A DNA stretch of 64,000 bases from Candidatus Cloacimonadota bacterium (GCA_049903315.1 JBNGBT010000006.1:88920-152919); one strand, 5' to 3'. Numbered from the stretch's first letter, positions 44,548 to 55,760 are shown. Notes: a model not told the origin generated them from the sequence alone. Translations and numbers: made by a program.

Positions 44548-46548
44548 ATGAAGCACTTTGAATTAGTATCCGATTATGCTCCTCAGGGTGACCAACCTCA
44601 GGCGATCGCGGAGCTTACAAAAAACATCAAAAAGGATATTCCTTTCCAGACACTTCTCGGTGTAACCGGTTCGGGAAAAACATTTACCATCGCAAATGTG
44701 ATCAAAAATACAGAAAAACCGGTTCTCATTATCTCTCATAACAAAACCCTTGCCGCACAGCTTTTTGGGGAGATGAAGCAGCTTTTTCCGAACAATGCCG
44801 TCGAGTATTTTGTGAGTTACTATGACTATTACCAACCGGAAGCATACCTGCCAGTTTCAGACACCTATATTGAGAAAGATGCTGATATAAACGAGCAAAT
44901 TGATAGACTTCGGCTGCGTGCCACCATGTCTTTGATGGAGCGCAAGGATGTCATCATTGTCGCAAGTGTGTCATGTATATACGGTTTGGGAGTTCCGGAG
45001 CAATACCGCGAATCACTCATTGATTTAAAAGTCGAACAGGAAATTGAAAGAGATTCCCTTCTTCATAAACTCGTGGATATTTACTACGCACGCAATGATT
45101 TTGAATTCCAGCGCGGAACTTTTCGGGTACGAGGGGATGTGGTTGAAATCTATCCCGCATATCTCGAGAATTCTATTAGAGTCGAGTTTGATTTCAATAA
45201 GATCACCAAGATATATCGCATCAATCCACTCACAGGGGAAATTCTGGAAGAACTCGAAGAGTATGCCGTGTATCCAGCAAAGCATTTTATAACATCACCT
45301 GAACATCTGGAACGAGCATTAGAAGATATCAAAAAGGAAATGCTCGCTCGAGTGGAATATTTCAAATCAAAGAACATGTGGATCGAAGCACAGAGAATTC
45401 AGCAGCGCACAAGTTTTGATCTCGAAATGATGCGTGAGGTCGGATATGTGTCCGGCATAGAAAATTACTCCCGGCATCTTTCAGGAAGAAAAGAGGGCGA
45501 GAGACCTGCATGTTTACTCGACTACTTTCCCGATGATTACCTCATGATCATCGATGAATCCCATGCAACCATTCCGCAGGTGCATGCAATGTTCGGGGGA
45601 GATTATTCTCGAAAAAAAGCTCTTGTGGATAACGGATTCCGTCTGCCCTCTGCATATGATAATCGTCCTCTGAAATTTCATGAATTCGAGCACATGATGA
45701 ACCAGGTCGTATTCATGTCTGCTACACCTGCCAAATATGAATTGGATAAATCTGAGGGAGTGATCGTTGAACAGATCGTGCGTCCCACAGGTTTGATCGA
45801 TCCGGAGATCGAACTGAAAAGTGCAGAATACCAGGTTGATGACCTACTCGAAGAGATACAAAAGCACGTAGAGAAAAAGCAGCGTGTGCTTGTGACAACA
45901 CTCACAAAAAAAATGGCAGAAGACTTAACAAATTATGTGTCTCAAATCGGAGTGAGAGCAAAGTATCTGCATAGCGGAGTGCATACGCTGGACAGGATTG
46001 AGATCATTCGTGATCTGCGCTTGGGCGAATTCGATGTACTCATTGGTGTGAACCTGCTCAGGGAAGGACTCGATCTGCCGGAGGTCGCGCTTGTCGCTAT
46101 TCTCGATGCTGATAAAGCTGGATTTCTCCGTTCCGAACGCTCGCTTATCCAGACGGCCGGACGCGCAGCACGTCATATCGACGGCAAAGTTATTTTCTAT
46201 GCAGACCACGTTTCGGAAGCAATGAAGTTTGCGATAAGCGAAACGAACCGCAGAAGAAAAATTCAGAAAGAATATAATAAGAAGCACAACATCACGCCCG
46301 AATCGATCAGCAAAACCATAGAAAGCATCATGAAATCAACCTCTGTTGCCGAGTTCAAAAAGGAAGAGAAAAAAGGTTTTGGCACTGATGAACAGAAAAA
46401 ACTTGATTTCGAAAAGTATCTCACAATAAATAACAAAGAAGATGCGATCGAACTGCTGACAAAAGAAATGAACCGTCTGGCACGGGATTTGCGCTTCGAA
46501 GAAGCTGCGGAGATCCGCGACAGGATACTCGAGCTCAAAGAAATGTAA
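44548..46548 (+). CDS. uvrB: Excinuclease ABC subunit B
   Basis: [20 protein letters not shown], helicase motifs and the C-terminal UVR domain ([11 protein letters not shown]). Confidence 0.97.
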   Translation: MKHFELVSDYAPQGDQPQAIAELTKNIKKDIPFQTLLGVTGSGKTFTIANVIKNTEKPVLIISHNKTLAAQLFGEMKQLFPNNAVEYFVSYYDYYQPEAYLPVSDTYIEKDADINEQIDRLRLRATMSLMERKDVIIVASVSCIYGLGVPEQYRESLIDLKVEQEIERDSLLHKLVDIYYARNDFEFQRGTFRVRGDVVEIYPAYLENSIRVEFDFNKITKIYRINPLTGEILEELEEYAVYPAKHFITSPEHLERALEDIKKEMLARVEYFKSKNMWIEAQRIQQRTSFDLEMMREVGYVSGIENYSRHLSGRKEGERPACLLDYFPDDYLMIIDESHATIPQVHAMFGGDYSRKKALVDNGFRLPSAYDNRPLKFHEFEHMMNQVVFMSATPAKYELDKSEGVIVEQIVRPTGLIDPEIELKSAEYQVDDLLEEIQKHVEKKQRVLVTTLTKKMAEDLTNYVSQIGVRAKYLHSGVHTLDRIEIIRDLRLGEFDVLIGVNLLREGLDLPEVALVAILDADKAGFLRSERSLIQTAGRAARHIDGKVIFYADHVSEAMKFAISETNRRRKIQKEYNKKHNITPESISKTIESIMKSTSVAEFKKEEKKGFGTDEQKKLDFEKYLTINNKEDAIELLTKEMNRLARDLRFEEAAEIRDRILELKEM

Positions 46549-46558
46549 TGAGGTTTGT

Positions 46559-47590
46559 ATGGAAGAACGAATAACGGATCCTGAAATAATTGATGACGAT
46601 GTTACTTATGATACGACACTGCGACCGAAAACGCTGAAGGACTTTGTCGGACAGGAAAAAATAAAAGAGATTTTATCAATTACAATTGAAGCGTGCAAAC
46701 AGCGCAATGAACCGATCGACCACATACTTTTTTACGGTCCTCCCGGGCTCGGGAAAACCACGCTTTCCATTATTATTGCAAATGAACTGAAAACCGAACT
46801 CAAAACCACATCCGGTCCGGCGATAGAGAAGCCGTCCGACCTGGCGGGAATCCTGACAAATCTCAGCGCAAAGGATGTTTTTTTTATTGATGAGATTCAC
46901 CGTTTGAATCATGTGATCGAGGAATATCTCTATCCTGCGATCGAGGATTTCAATCTTGAGATCATTATCGACCAGGGTCCAAGCGCGAGAACGCTTCGAC
47001 TGAACCTCGAACCCTTTACTCTTGTGGGTTCGACCACACGTGCAGGCTTGATCACCTCACCTCTCCGCAGCAGGTTCGGGCTTGTACTTCGTCTTGATTA
47101 TTATGACACAAAAGAAATTTTTAAGATCGTGCTGCGCTCAGCAAAATTGCTGGGTGTTGAGATAAAAAAGGATGGGGCTCAGGAGATTGCATGCCGTTCC
47201 CGCGGGACTCCGAGAATCGCAAACCGCCTTCTTCGACGTGTCAGAGATTATGCCCAGATAAAAGGGGATGGCATCATCACAAAAGAAATCGCCAAAGCGG
47301 CACTCAAGATGCTGGAAGTTGATGAACTCGGGCTTGATGAAATGGACAAGAAACTCATTCAGACGATCATCGAGTTTTACAAAGGCGGTCCGGTTGGTTT
47401 GAAAACTCTTTCCATGGCAATTGGAGAAGATTCCGGCACGATAGAAGAAATATACGAGCCATATCTTTTGCAAAAAGGATTTCTGAAAAGAACACTCCGT
47501 GGAAGAGAAGCCACAGAAAAAGCATATAAGCATTTTGGTATTGAACTGACTGGAGAAAACTCAAAAAAACAAAGTGAGATGTTTGAGTGA
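46559..47590 (+). CDS. ruvB: Holliday junction branch migration helicase RuvB
   Basis: [17 protein letters not shown] and [16 protein letters not shown]. Confidence 0.97.
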   Translation: MEERITDPEIIDDDVTYDTTLRPKTLKDFVGQEKIKEILSITIEACKQRNEPIDHILFYGPPGLGKTTLSIIIANELKTELKTTSGPAIEKPSDLAGILTNLSAKDVFFIDEIHRLNHVIEEYLYPAIEDFNLEIIIDQGPSARTLRLNLEPFTLVGSTTRAGLITSPLRSRFGLVLRLDYYDTKEIFKIVLRSAKLLGVEIKKDGAQEIACRSRGTPRIANRLLRRVRDYAQIKGDGIITKEIAKAALKMLEVDELGLDEMDKKLIQTIIEFYKGGPVGLKTLSMAIGEDSGTIEEIYEPYLLQKGFLKRTLRGREATEKAYKHFGIELTGENSKKQSEMFE

Positions 47591-47612
47591 AGTATTTATT
47601 TCTCCCAAAAAA

Positions 47613-47642
47613 TTGACTTTTTTTCAGAGGTTTTTTTATAAA
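47613..47642 (+). promoter_or_regulatory. Candidate promoter for the first SBBP gene
   Basis: TTGACT (47613-47618), an 18-nt spacer, then TATAAA (47637-47642). The phylum-specific promoter consensus is unknown. Confidence 0.3.
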
Positions 47643-47687
47643 AAATTGCTAAGTGTACGAAGGGGAAAAAAAGCCAAGGAGAACTTC

Positions 47688-49346
47688 ATGTTTAAAAAAA
47701 CTACTTTATTACAATTGATTATTGGATTTATTATCATTTCATTATCTTTTCATGTATATGCACAAGCGTCCAATTGGCAGTGGGCTTATCAGGCTGGAGG
47801 ATCTGATTCTGACCAGGCGAACAGGATCTATGTTGACGCTGATAACAACTGCTATGTAACAGGCAAGTTCAGAGGTACTACCAATTTTGGTTCTCATGTC
47901 CTGACCAGTAATGGCTGGGATGATGTCTTTGTTGCGAAACTCGGTCAAAATGGGAACTGGGAGTGGGCAAAGAGTGCAGGAAGCGGACCGGGGACTTCAT
48001 CTGATATTGGAAATGGGATAACAGGAGATGCTGCTGGAAATATTTATATCACCGGACAATTCAAGGGAAACGTTGATTTTGGTTCGTTTCCACTTTTCAG
48101 CAACGGCGAATACGATGTTTTCGTTGCAAAGATTGATTCCGATGGAAACTGGCAATGGGCTCGTAGCGCAGGCGGACCTATGGGTGATGCCGGAAGAGGT
48201 ATTGCTGTGGATGATGATTCAAATGTATATGTAACTGGTGAATTTTGGGATACCGTACAATTTGGAACATATTCTGTTACCAGTTCCGGCGCAAGTGACA
48301 TGTTTGTTGCAAAACTAAACAACTATGGTCAATGGGAATGGGCTGAAAGCGCTGGAGGTCTAGGGGAAGTCTATGGACGAGGAATTGCAGTCGATGGCTC
48401 AGGTAACTGTTATACAACAGGGCTTTTTTACAACACAGCAAATTTCGGCACACATTCAATTAGCAGTAGCGGATCGTCAGATGTATATGTTGCAAAACTT
48501 GGCTCTGATAATACCTGGCAGTGGGCTGTGGATTGTGGAGGTTCACAAACAGATTACGTAGAGAGAGTATCTCTCGATGGGATAGGGAATCCATACATTG
48601 TGGGCAGTTTTAAATCCGTTGCGACTTTTGGCTATTCCTATCTCAGCAGTCTTGGTGATTATGATATTTTCGTTGCAAAACTCGATCAAACAGGAAACTG
48701 GCTATGGGCGAGTCAGGCAGGAGGAGTTCAGAAGGATTATGGTTATGATATTTCAACTGATATTGCTGGAAATTCTTACATAACAGGTTATTTTAAAGAT
48801 ACTGCTTATTTTGGTTCTTGTAATATTACTAGCAGCGGTTTGTATGATGTGTGTGTCGCAAAGCTTGGTGATGATGGCACCTGGCTGTGGGCAGAAGATG
48901 CAGGTGGAACAGGGTGGTGCGAAGGTCATGGAATTGGTCTTGATAATGATGAGAATTGTTGCGTGACGGGCTTCTTCCAGGGAACCGCTTATTTTGGTAC
49001 GAATTCCGTAGTAAGCAGTGGAAGTAATGATGTTTTTGTTGCGAAAATTGGTGATTCCGTTTCATCAGATCCTGAAATTAATCCGGATGCGTTAAATCTA
49101 TCTCATTATCCCAATCCAATTAATATGCATGCGATAATCAGTTATTCCCTCAGACAATCAACTCCAGTTTCTTTAGAAATCTACAATCTAAAAGGACAAT
49201 TAGTTGAAACATTGTTCGATGATAATATTCAAGCAGGAGATCATACGATTGATTGGAATTGTCAAAATGTTCCAACAGGCATGTATTTCCTTAAAATGAA
49301 AACAGGTAATGAAGAAAGCATAAGGAAGATGATTTTGTTGAGATAA
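47688..49346 (+). CDS. SBBP-type beta-propeller repeat protein with T9SS C-terminal sorting domain (paralogue 1)
   Basis: ATG 47688 follows AAGGAGAA, and MFKKTTLLQLIIG... is a signal peptide. About 8 repeats of ..D.FVAKL...GNW.WA..AGG... C-terminal VSLEIYNLKGQLVETL...GMYFLKM...RKMILLR. Confidence 0.8.
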   Translation: MFKKTTLLQLIIGFIIISLSFHVYAQASNWQWAYQAGGSDSDQANRIYVDADNNCYVTGKFRGTTNFGSHVLTSNGWDDVFVAKLGQNGNWEWAKSAGSGPGTSSDIGNGITGDAAGNIYITGQFKGNVDFGSFPLFSNGEYDVFVAKIDSDGNWQWARSAGGPMGDAGRGIAVDDDSNVYVTGEFWDTVQFGTYSVTSSGASDMFVAKLNNYGQWEWAESAGGLGEVYGRGIAVDGSGNCYTTGLFYNTANFGTHSISSSGSSDVYVAKLGSDNTWQWAVDCGGSQTDYVERVSLDGIGNPYIVGSFKSVATFGYSYLSSLGDYDIFVAKLDQTGNWLWASQAGGVQKDYGYDISTDIAGNSYITGYFKDTAYFGSCNITSSGLYDVCVAKLGDDGTWLWAEDAGGTGWCEGHGIGLDNDENCCVTGFFQGTAYFGTNSVVSSGSNDVFVAKIGDSVSSDPEINPDALNLSHYPNPINMHAIISYSLRQSTPVSLEIYNLKGQLVETLFDDNIQAGDHTIDWNCQNVPTGMYFLKMKTGNEESIRKMILLR

Positions 49347-49503
49347 TTTATTGACATATTTTTTTGAATATTCAAACAAAGTAGTACTGTACTGGTTGGT
49401 AATTTTCATGAGGACATTTGACGCTGTTAGTTTAGCTGGAAAGCATTAAAAAAGTAAGAATTAGATTGTATTATTGATCAAAAAACTAACTAAGGAGTGC
49501 AAC

Positions 49504-51183
49504 ATGTTGAAAAAAATTACTGGTTTACAATTAACGCTAAAGTATACCGTTTCTTTACTCGTGCTACTATTAATTTCATCATTCCTCTATGCGCAAACGC
49601 CTGACTGGCAATGGGCCGTAGGTGCTGGAGGTAGTCAGAATGATATAGGCAATAAAATCTGTATTGATAACTTGGATAATTGCTACGTGACAGGAAGCTT
49701 TAGTGGAACTGCAAATTTTGGAACTCACTCTATAACCAGTAGTGGTGGGAGTGATATTTTTGCTGCGAAATGTGATAATAATGGTAATTGGTTGTGGGCT
49801 GCGAGCGCTGGAGGTCCGAGTCTCTATGATTCAGGACAAGATATTGCAGTGGATCCAAACGGAAATGTATATGTGGTTGGTTATTTTCAAGAAACAGCCA
49901 ATTTTGGCTCCTATTCTGTTACCAGCAATGGTGGGAATGATATGTTTGTTGCTAAATTAGATGTTGATGGAAATTGGAAATGGGCAAAAAGTGCAGGAAG
50001 TGCGAATTACGATTCCGGACTTTCAATTTCTGTTGATGATAATTGTAATATTTATACCACCGGCTTTTATTATGATACTGTTAATTTCGGAACCTACTCT
50101 ATTACAAGTTCAGCATGGTCTGATGTATTTGTAGCGAAACTAGATCATAATGGGAATTGGCAATGGGCATCAAGTGGTGGTGGTGATGGATCCGATGATG
50201 GACGGGGAATTATTGCAAATAATACAGGAAGCTGTTATGTGTGCGGAGATATTGCAGGTACTGCTGCCAATTTTGGAACACATTCGGTTGTTACGAACGG
50301 TTCTGCTGATGCTTTTATTGCCAAAATCGATACTGATGGAAACTGGGAATTGGCAGCGAGTGGTGGTGGTTCGGAATGGGATACTGGCTATGCAGTCGAT
50401 ATTGATGGAATGGAAAATTCTTATGTAACCGGTCGTTTTGCGTCCACTGCAACATTTGGATCATCGACTATTACAAGCTATGGTGATAATGACATGTTTA
50501 TAGCCAAACTCGGTCAAGACGGAAATTGGCAATGGGCGAAAAATGCCGGAAGTATACAGAAAGATGAAGGTTATGACGTTGCGACAGATGCAGGTGGCGG
50601 TTGTTTTTTAACTGGATTTTTCCAGGATACAATTTATTTTGGAGTGCTGAGCTTGATGGGATGGTCAGAAAGAAATATTTTTACAGCTAAGATTGATGCT
50701 GACGGGAACTGGGAATGGGCAGATGGCGCAGGAGGCAGCTGTGGAGATGAGTGGGACGAAGGTCACGGTATTGCATTAAATAATAGGGGTACATGTAAGG
50801 TAACTGGTCAGTTTTATGATACAGTTTATATTGGAATGCTTCATGTTTCAAGTAGCGGTTCTGCAGATATATTTGTCGCGAATATGGAAATTCAAGTAGA
50901 TGCAGATCAGGAAGTAAATAATCCGTTATCTTCAATAAGTATTCAACCTAATCCAGCTAAACGTCATGCATCTATTAGTTATTCAATAGATCAAGTAACT
51001 CCAGTTTCTTTAGAAATCTACAATCTCAAAGGACAGCTAGTCGAAACATTGCTCGATGATAATTTGCAAGCTGGCGATCATACCGTCGCGTGGCATTGCC
51101 AGAATGTTCCGGCAGGGATATATTTTCTGAAAATGATTGCAGGAAATGAAGAAAGCATAAGGAAGATGATTTTGTTGAGATAA
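49504..51183 (+). CDS. SBBP-type beta-propeller repeat protein with T9SS C-terminal sorting domain (paralogue 2)
   Basis: ATG 49504 follows AAGGAG. Same repeat architecture and a near-identical C-terminal tail as paralogue 1. Confidence 0.8.
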   Translation: MLKKITGLQLTLKYTVSLLVLLLISSFLYAQTPDWQWAVGAGGSQNDIGNKICIDNLDNCYVTGSFSGTANFGTHSITSSGGSDIFAAKCDNNGNWLWAASAGGPSLYDSGQDIAVDPNGNVYVVGYFQETANFGSYSVTSNGGNDMFVAKLDVDGNWKWAKSAGSANYDSGLSISVDDNCNIYTTGFYYDTVNFGTYSITSSAWSDVFVAKLDHNGNWQWASSGGGDGSDDGRGIIANNTGSCYVCGDIAGTAANFGTHSVVTNGSADAFIAKIDTDGNWELAASGGGSEWDTGYAVDIDGMENSYVTGRFASTATFGSSTITSYGDNDMFIAKLGQDGNWQWAKNAGSIQKDEGYDVATDAGGGCFLTGFFQDTIYFGVLSLMGWSERNIFTAKIDADGNWEWADGAGGSCGDEWDEGHGIALNNRGTCKVTGQFYDTVYIGMLHVSSSGSADIFVANMEIQVDADQEVNNPLSSISIQPNPAKRHASISYSIDQVTPVSLEIYNLKGQLVETLLDDNLQAGDHTVAWHCQNVPAGIYFLKMIAGNEESIRKMILLR

Positions 51184-51466
51184 ATTCAATATACATTTAT
51201 TAAGGACTGTTGTCGGAATAGTGCGAGAGCACCCGGGAAGTATTTCGCGACGGTCCTTTCTTTATTTATGATATTCAAAATCCATCTTTACGACGGGATA
51301 AACCTGTCTCTACTCTTTTTTCTTTTTTATCATTTTCTTATTCTCATTTTCCTCATCTCTCTTCACTCCACTCTTTTCAACTTTTCAACCTTATAACCTT
51401 CCAACCTTTACACTTTCTCACTTTCTAACCTTTACACTCAATTTTTATAAATCCTTGACGGACGAT

Positions 51467-51495
51467 TTGACATTTAAAATTTTTTTCCCTATTAT
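51467..51495 (+). promoter_or_regulatory. Candidate sigma-70-type promoter of the gldA-like operon
   Basis: TTGACA (51467-51472), a 17-nt spacer, then TATTAT (51490-51495). AAGGAGAG RBS at 51511-51518 and ATG at 51529. Confidence 0.4.
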
Positions 51496-51528
51496 ATAAA
51501 AAATCAATATAAGGAGAGTTCATTCATT

Positions 51529-52491
51529 ATGATCAAGGTTCAAAATCTCACAAAGGATTACGGACACTTGCGTGCGGTGGATAACATCTCATTCACCATA
51601 CCAAAGAGCGGGATCATTGGAATTCTCGGTCCAAATGGCGCGGGAAAAACAACCACACTCAAGATGATGACCTGCTTTATGCCTCCTACAGAAGGAACTG
51701 TGTTCATAGATGACAAGAACATCTATCAGAATTCAGTTGAGATCCGCAAAATGATCGGATACCTTCCGGAGGGCTGTCCTATTTACACAGAGATGAATGT
51801 TGTTGATTTTCTCTATTTTATAGCAGAATTGCGCGATATTCCAAAAGATTCTGTGAACAGTAGAGTAAAAGAAATGATCGCATCCTGCGGCTTGGAAGAA
51901 GTTGTGGGAAAAGAGATCGGGGAGTTATCAAAAGGATACAGGCAGCGTGTCGGGCTTGCTGCTGCACTCATTCATGACCCGGAAATTCTTATCCTGGACG
52001 AGCCCACTTCCGGTCTCGATCCTAACCAGATCGCTGAAATACGATCACTTATTAAACAGCTTGGAAAAGAAAAAACAGTACTTGTCTCCACTCATATTCT
52101 CAGTGAAGTGGAAGCGATTTGCGAGCGCGTGATCATTATCGACAGAGGAAAGATCGTTGCCGACGCATCGCTCCAGGAAATTCAAAACTCTTTCCACAAT
52201 CAGAACAGGATCTATTTTGAAATCCAATCTAAAAAAGATGCAGATATCCTCCCGGAATTTGAAGCGATAGCAGGTGTCGAAAGCTTGCAACTCTTCAGCA
52301 AGCACGAAGACGAACTCATCACAAAATTCTTCATCAATTATTCCAAAGATATGGATATTCGTCCGGCATTGTATAATTTCATTAAAAAGAACAAGGATTG
52401 GACAATTCTTGAAATGAGAACAGAACAGCATAGTCTGGAAGATATCTTCAGACAACTGACGGAAAAAGGAGAGGAGGTCGCACATGCATAA
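51529..52491 (+). CDS. gldA: ABC transporter ATP-binding protein, GldA-like
   Basis: GPNGAGKTT, LSKGYRQRV and ILILDEPTSGLD. Followed by an ABC-2 permease and a GldG-like gene. Confidence 0.8.
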   Translation: MIKVQNLTKDYGHLRAVDNISFTIPKSGIIGILGPNGAGKTTTLKMMTCFMPPTEGTVFIDDKNIYQNSVEIRKMIGYLPEGCPIYTEMNVVDFLYFIAELRDIPKDSVNSRVKEMIASCGLEEVVGKEIGELSKGYRQRVGLAAALIHDPEILILDEPTSGLDPNQIAEIRSLIKQLGKEKTVLVSTHILSEVEAICERVIIIDRGKIVADASLQEIQNSFHNQNRIYFEIQSKKDADILPEFEAIAGVESLQLFSKHEDELITKFFINYSKDMDIRPALYNFIKKNKDWTILEMRTEQHSLEDIFRQLTEKGEEVAHA

Positions 52492-53200
52492 CATCATGAC
52501 CATCGCAAAACGTGAAATCAAGAGCTATTTCTTTACTCCTGTTGCGTACATTCTTATGACCTTTTTTCTGCTCATTACCGGCTGGTTTTTTGCATCAGAG
52601 CTCTTCCTTGTCAACGAAGCAACAATGCGAAATATTTTTTCACTCACTCCGCTTATCTTCATTTTCTTTATTCCTGCAGTTACCATGCGCTCGATCTCGG
52701 AAGAAAAACGCTCAGGCACGATCGAACTGATATGTACATCTCCTGTGAAGGACTCGCAGATCGTACTCGGAAAATTCTTTGCTGCATTGTCGCTTCTTGT
52801 TGCAACTATTTTCTCGACAGTAATATATGTAATTATACTTCTCATTCTCGGCAAACCGGACGGAGGGGTGATCGTCGCAGGATATATAGGTTTGCTTTTT
52901 ATGGGATCCGCATATGCTGCGATCGGTATTTTTGCAAGCACGATCTCAAAGAACCAGATCGTATCCTTCATGGTGTCTTTCTTCATCATTATGATTTTGT
53001 ACCTGCTTGATAAATTCATGTATTTCATTCCCACATGGCTCGGTTCGATTCTTCAATACATCAGTGTTGACTATCATTTTCAGAATATTGCACGCGGCGT
53101 GATCGATTCGCGCGATATCATATATTACCTCTCACTGATCTTCATATTTCTCTTCTTTGCCTGGAATTCACTCACCAAACGAAAATATCTCTCAAAGTAG
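52484..53200 (+). CDS. gldF: ABC-2 type permease, GldF-like
   Basis: 238 aa with 6 TM helices and an N-terminal IAKREIKSYFFTPVAY pattern. 8-nt overlap with the ATPase gene. Confidence 0.7.
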   Translation: MHNIMTIAKREIKSYFFTPVAYILMTFFLLITGWFFASELFLVNEATMRNIFSLTPLIFIFFIPAVTMRSISEEKRSGTIELICTSPVKDSQIVLGKFFAALSLLVATIFSTVIYVIILLILGKPDGGVIVAGYIGLLFMGSAYAAIGIFASTISKNQIVSFMVSFFIIMILYLLDKFMYFIPTWLGSILQYISVDYHFQNIARGVIDSRDIIYYLSLIFIFLFFAWNSLTKRKYLSK

Positions 53201-53213
53201 AAAGGAGCACATC

Positions 53214-54779
53214 ATGGGAAAATTAAACAATACATCAAAAATAATTTTAGTGTTCGTGATAGTGGTTCTTATTAACCTTATTTCTCTCTACCTTTTTACA
53301 AGATTAGATCTCACTGCAGACAGACGATTTTCTATCTCAAATTATAGTAAAGAACTGGTAAGAAATCTCGATGATAAGTTTACCATAAAATGTTACTTTT
53401 CTAATGATATTCCCTATCCCTACAACACTATCCGCAGGGATGTGAAAGATAAACTCGAGGAATTTAAGGCATTTGCAAGCAGATATTTCCAGTTTGAATT
53501 CGTCAAAGCTGAAGATGAAGAGAATTTGGCGCTGGATGCACGAAATTTTGGCATACCGGAAATCCAACTCAACACAATTGAGAACGATCAGATACAGATA
53601 AAAAAGGTCGTGATGGGAATGGTCTTCATGTATGAAGATAAAACAGAAGTGCTTCCTATCGTGCAGGATACAAGAAACTTGGAGTATGAGATCGCTTCAA
53701 AGATGAACAAGCTGATCAAAGTAGCACTCCCCACTGTTGCATTTCTGCAGGGACATGATGAGATCCTCTTCCCGGATAAGATGCAGAAGATCCAGCAGAT
53801 GCTTCAGGCAAACTATAATCTGAAACCTGTAAATCTGAAAGAAGATCCAGCTGGTTTGAATGATACTGAAATTCTCGTGATTGCAGGACCCAAAACCGTC
53901 ATTCCCGATGATGAGAAATATCTCATCGACCAGTTCATTATGTCTGGGAAAAAGGTGATGTTCCTTATGGATAATATTCAGGCAGACATCAATACCGGAC
54001 AGGCAACTTTCTATGAGAATGATATGAACGACTGGTTCAAGAATTACGGATTCGAGATCAAACGAAACCTGATATTCGACATGAAATGTTCATCTATACA
54101 GGTACGCCAGCAATACCAGGGCGGATATAGTATCAGTTATATACAATATCCTTTCATACTTGATCTGGCAGATTTGAACAGGGATAATATCATAGTAAAA
54201 GATCTGAAATCCCTCATGATGGCGTTTGCGAGCTCAGTAGAAACATCCAGTGTTGAGAATGACAGTTTAGATGTGACATGGCTCGCACAAACTTCGGAGC
54301 GATGCGGCACACAGGTCGGCACTCTGAATATTAATCTTCAATACAAGATACCTCTCAATCAATATAATAGAGCTCATCTGCCTGTTGCTGCAATCCTGAT
54401 GGGTAAATATAACAGTTATTTTGCAGAAAGGGGTATGCCCGACAGCATCGATACATCTGGCTTTATGAAAACTGGTATGACTTCACGCATACTTGCTGCA
54501 GGGAATGCAAGCTTCATTATGGATGATTTTGCAAACCAGAATAACGCAACTTTCTTTGCCAATGTTGTGGACTGGATGGCTCAGGAAAAAGGACTGATTG
54601 AGATTCGTTCCAAAAATATTGCGTCCCGTCAACTCAAAGAAGTGTCTGACGGCTCGAAAGGAACGATTAAATTCATCGCTGTACTCCTTCCTCCAATCCT
54701 TGTGATCCTGATCGGCATTCTTTTCTGGCGTCTCAAAAAAGCTCGATATGCACGAATTCAGCGTTATATGGGGGTGTAG
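53214..54779 (+). CDS. gldG: GldG-like ABC-transporter auxiliary protein
   Basis: N- and C-terminal TM anchors with a large periplasmic body (RLDLTADRRFSIS...). ATG 53214 follows AAAGGAG. The track start 53157 overlaps gldF. Confidence 0.65.
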   Translation: MGKLNNTSKIILVFVIVVLINLISLYLFTRLDLTADRRFSISNYSKELVRNLDDKFTIKCYFSNDIPYPYNTIRRDVKDKLEEFKAFASRYFQFEFVKAEDEENLALDARNFGIPEIQLNTIENDQIQIKKVVMGMVFMYEDKTEVLPIVQDTRNLEYEIASKMNKLIKVALPTVAFLQGHDEILFPDKMQKIQQMLQANYNLKPVNLKEDPAGLNDTEILVIAGPKTVIPDDEKYLIDQFIMSGKKVMFLMDNIQADINTGQATFYENDMNDWFKNYGFEIKRNLIFDMKCSSIQVRQQYQGGYSISYIQYPFILDLADLNRDNIIVKDLKSLMMAFASSVETSSVENDSLDVTWLAQTSERCGTQVGTLNINLQYKIPLNQYNRAHLPVAAILMGKYNSYFAERGMPDSIDTSGFMKTGMTSRILAAGNASFIMDDFANQNNATFFANVVDWMAQEKGLIEIRSKNIASRQLKEVSDGSKGTIKFIAVLLPPILVILIGILFWRLKKARYARIQRYMGV

Positions 54780-54821
54780 GATGAAAAACAGAAAATTCAG
54801 CATTCACAAGGAGGAGCTCAA

Positions 54822-55736
54822 ATGAAGAAATCTTTGATCTGGCTCATAGTCATTGTCGTTTTACTTGCAATCATATATTTCGTGATAAAAGGTTTTGAGC
54901 CCAAACTTGAGCGAGGTGAGGATTCTGGATTTGCGGGATTCACAAAAGATGGTGTCACAAAGATTGAGATCACAAGTCCAACTGGAGAAAATGATGTCAC
55001 TCTCCAAAGAGATGATATTTGGGAGATCAGCTATCCGATTGAATATTCAGCTGACGAAAAAGCCATTGAAAGACTCATAAAAACTCTCACTGATATGAAC
55101 TTTATTACTATTGTTTCTGAAAATCCAGAGAAGCAGGACATCTTTGAAGTAACTCAGGAAACAGGCCGTGATATTAAGGTGTACAAGGGAGATGTGCCGG
55201 TGCTTCATTTCTTTGTTGGTAAAACTGATCAGTCAAGAATGAATACCTATATCAGAGAAGCAAATTCGGATAAAGTTTTTGCAGTTCATGGAAATCTTAC
55301 GTATACATTTAATCGTCCAGTTGACCAGTGGCGGGATATGTCGATCGTAAGCATTCCGGAAAATGATCTTCAACAGCTTGAGGTTGCATGGGGAGATACC
55401 ACTGTCGTGTACACACTCATAGATACATTGTGGTCAATCGTACAGGATGATGAGTATATGGAGCTGCACCAGAAAAAGCTTTCCTCGATAATAAAGGCGT
55501 TCTCGCCATTGCGCGCTTCCGGATTCCAGGATGAACCGGTAGAACTTGATTGGAAAAATCCGGATGTTGTTTTGTATATTCGTTCATTAAGTGGTCCTGA
55601 ATATGTATGCAGATTCATCGAAAAGGATGATAAGCAGTATTATGCAAAACAGGATGATTTCGAGCAGGTGTTCCTTGTCTCGAAATATACCGCTGATAGG
55701 TTTATGAAGAAGTATTCTGATTATCAAAATATGTAA
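54822..55736 (+). CDS. DUF4340-like periplasmic protein (usual partner of GldG)
   Basis: Single N-terminal TM, 304 aa, and the gene position typical of DUF4340. Motif recognition is weak. Confidence 0.5.
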   Translation: MKKSLIWLIVIVVLLAIIYFVIKGFEPKLERGEDSGFAGFTKDGVTKIEITSPTGENDVTLQRDDIWEISYPIEYSADEKAIERLIKTLTDMNFITIVSENPEKQDIFEVTQETGRDIKVYKGDVPVLHFFVGKTDQSRMNTYIREANSDKVFAVHGNLTYTFNRPVDQWRDMSIVSIPENDLQQLEVAWGDTTVVYTLIDTLWSIVQDDEYMELHQKKLSSIIKAFSPLRASGFQDEPVELDWKNPDVVLYIRSLSGPEYVCRFIEKDDKQYYAKQDDFEQVFLVSKYTADRFMKKYSDYQNM

Positions 55737-55760
55737 GAATATACTTTAATAAATATAATA

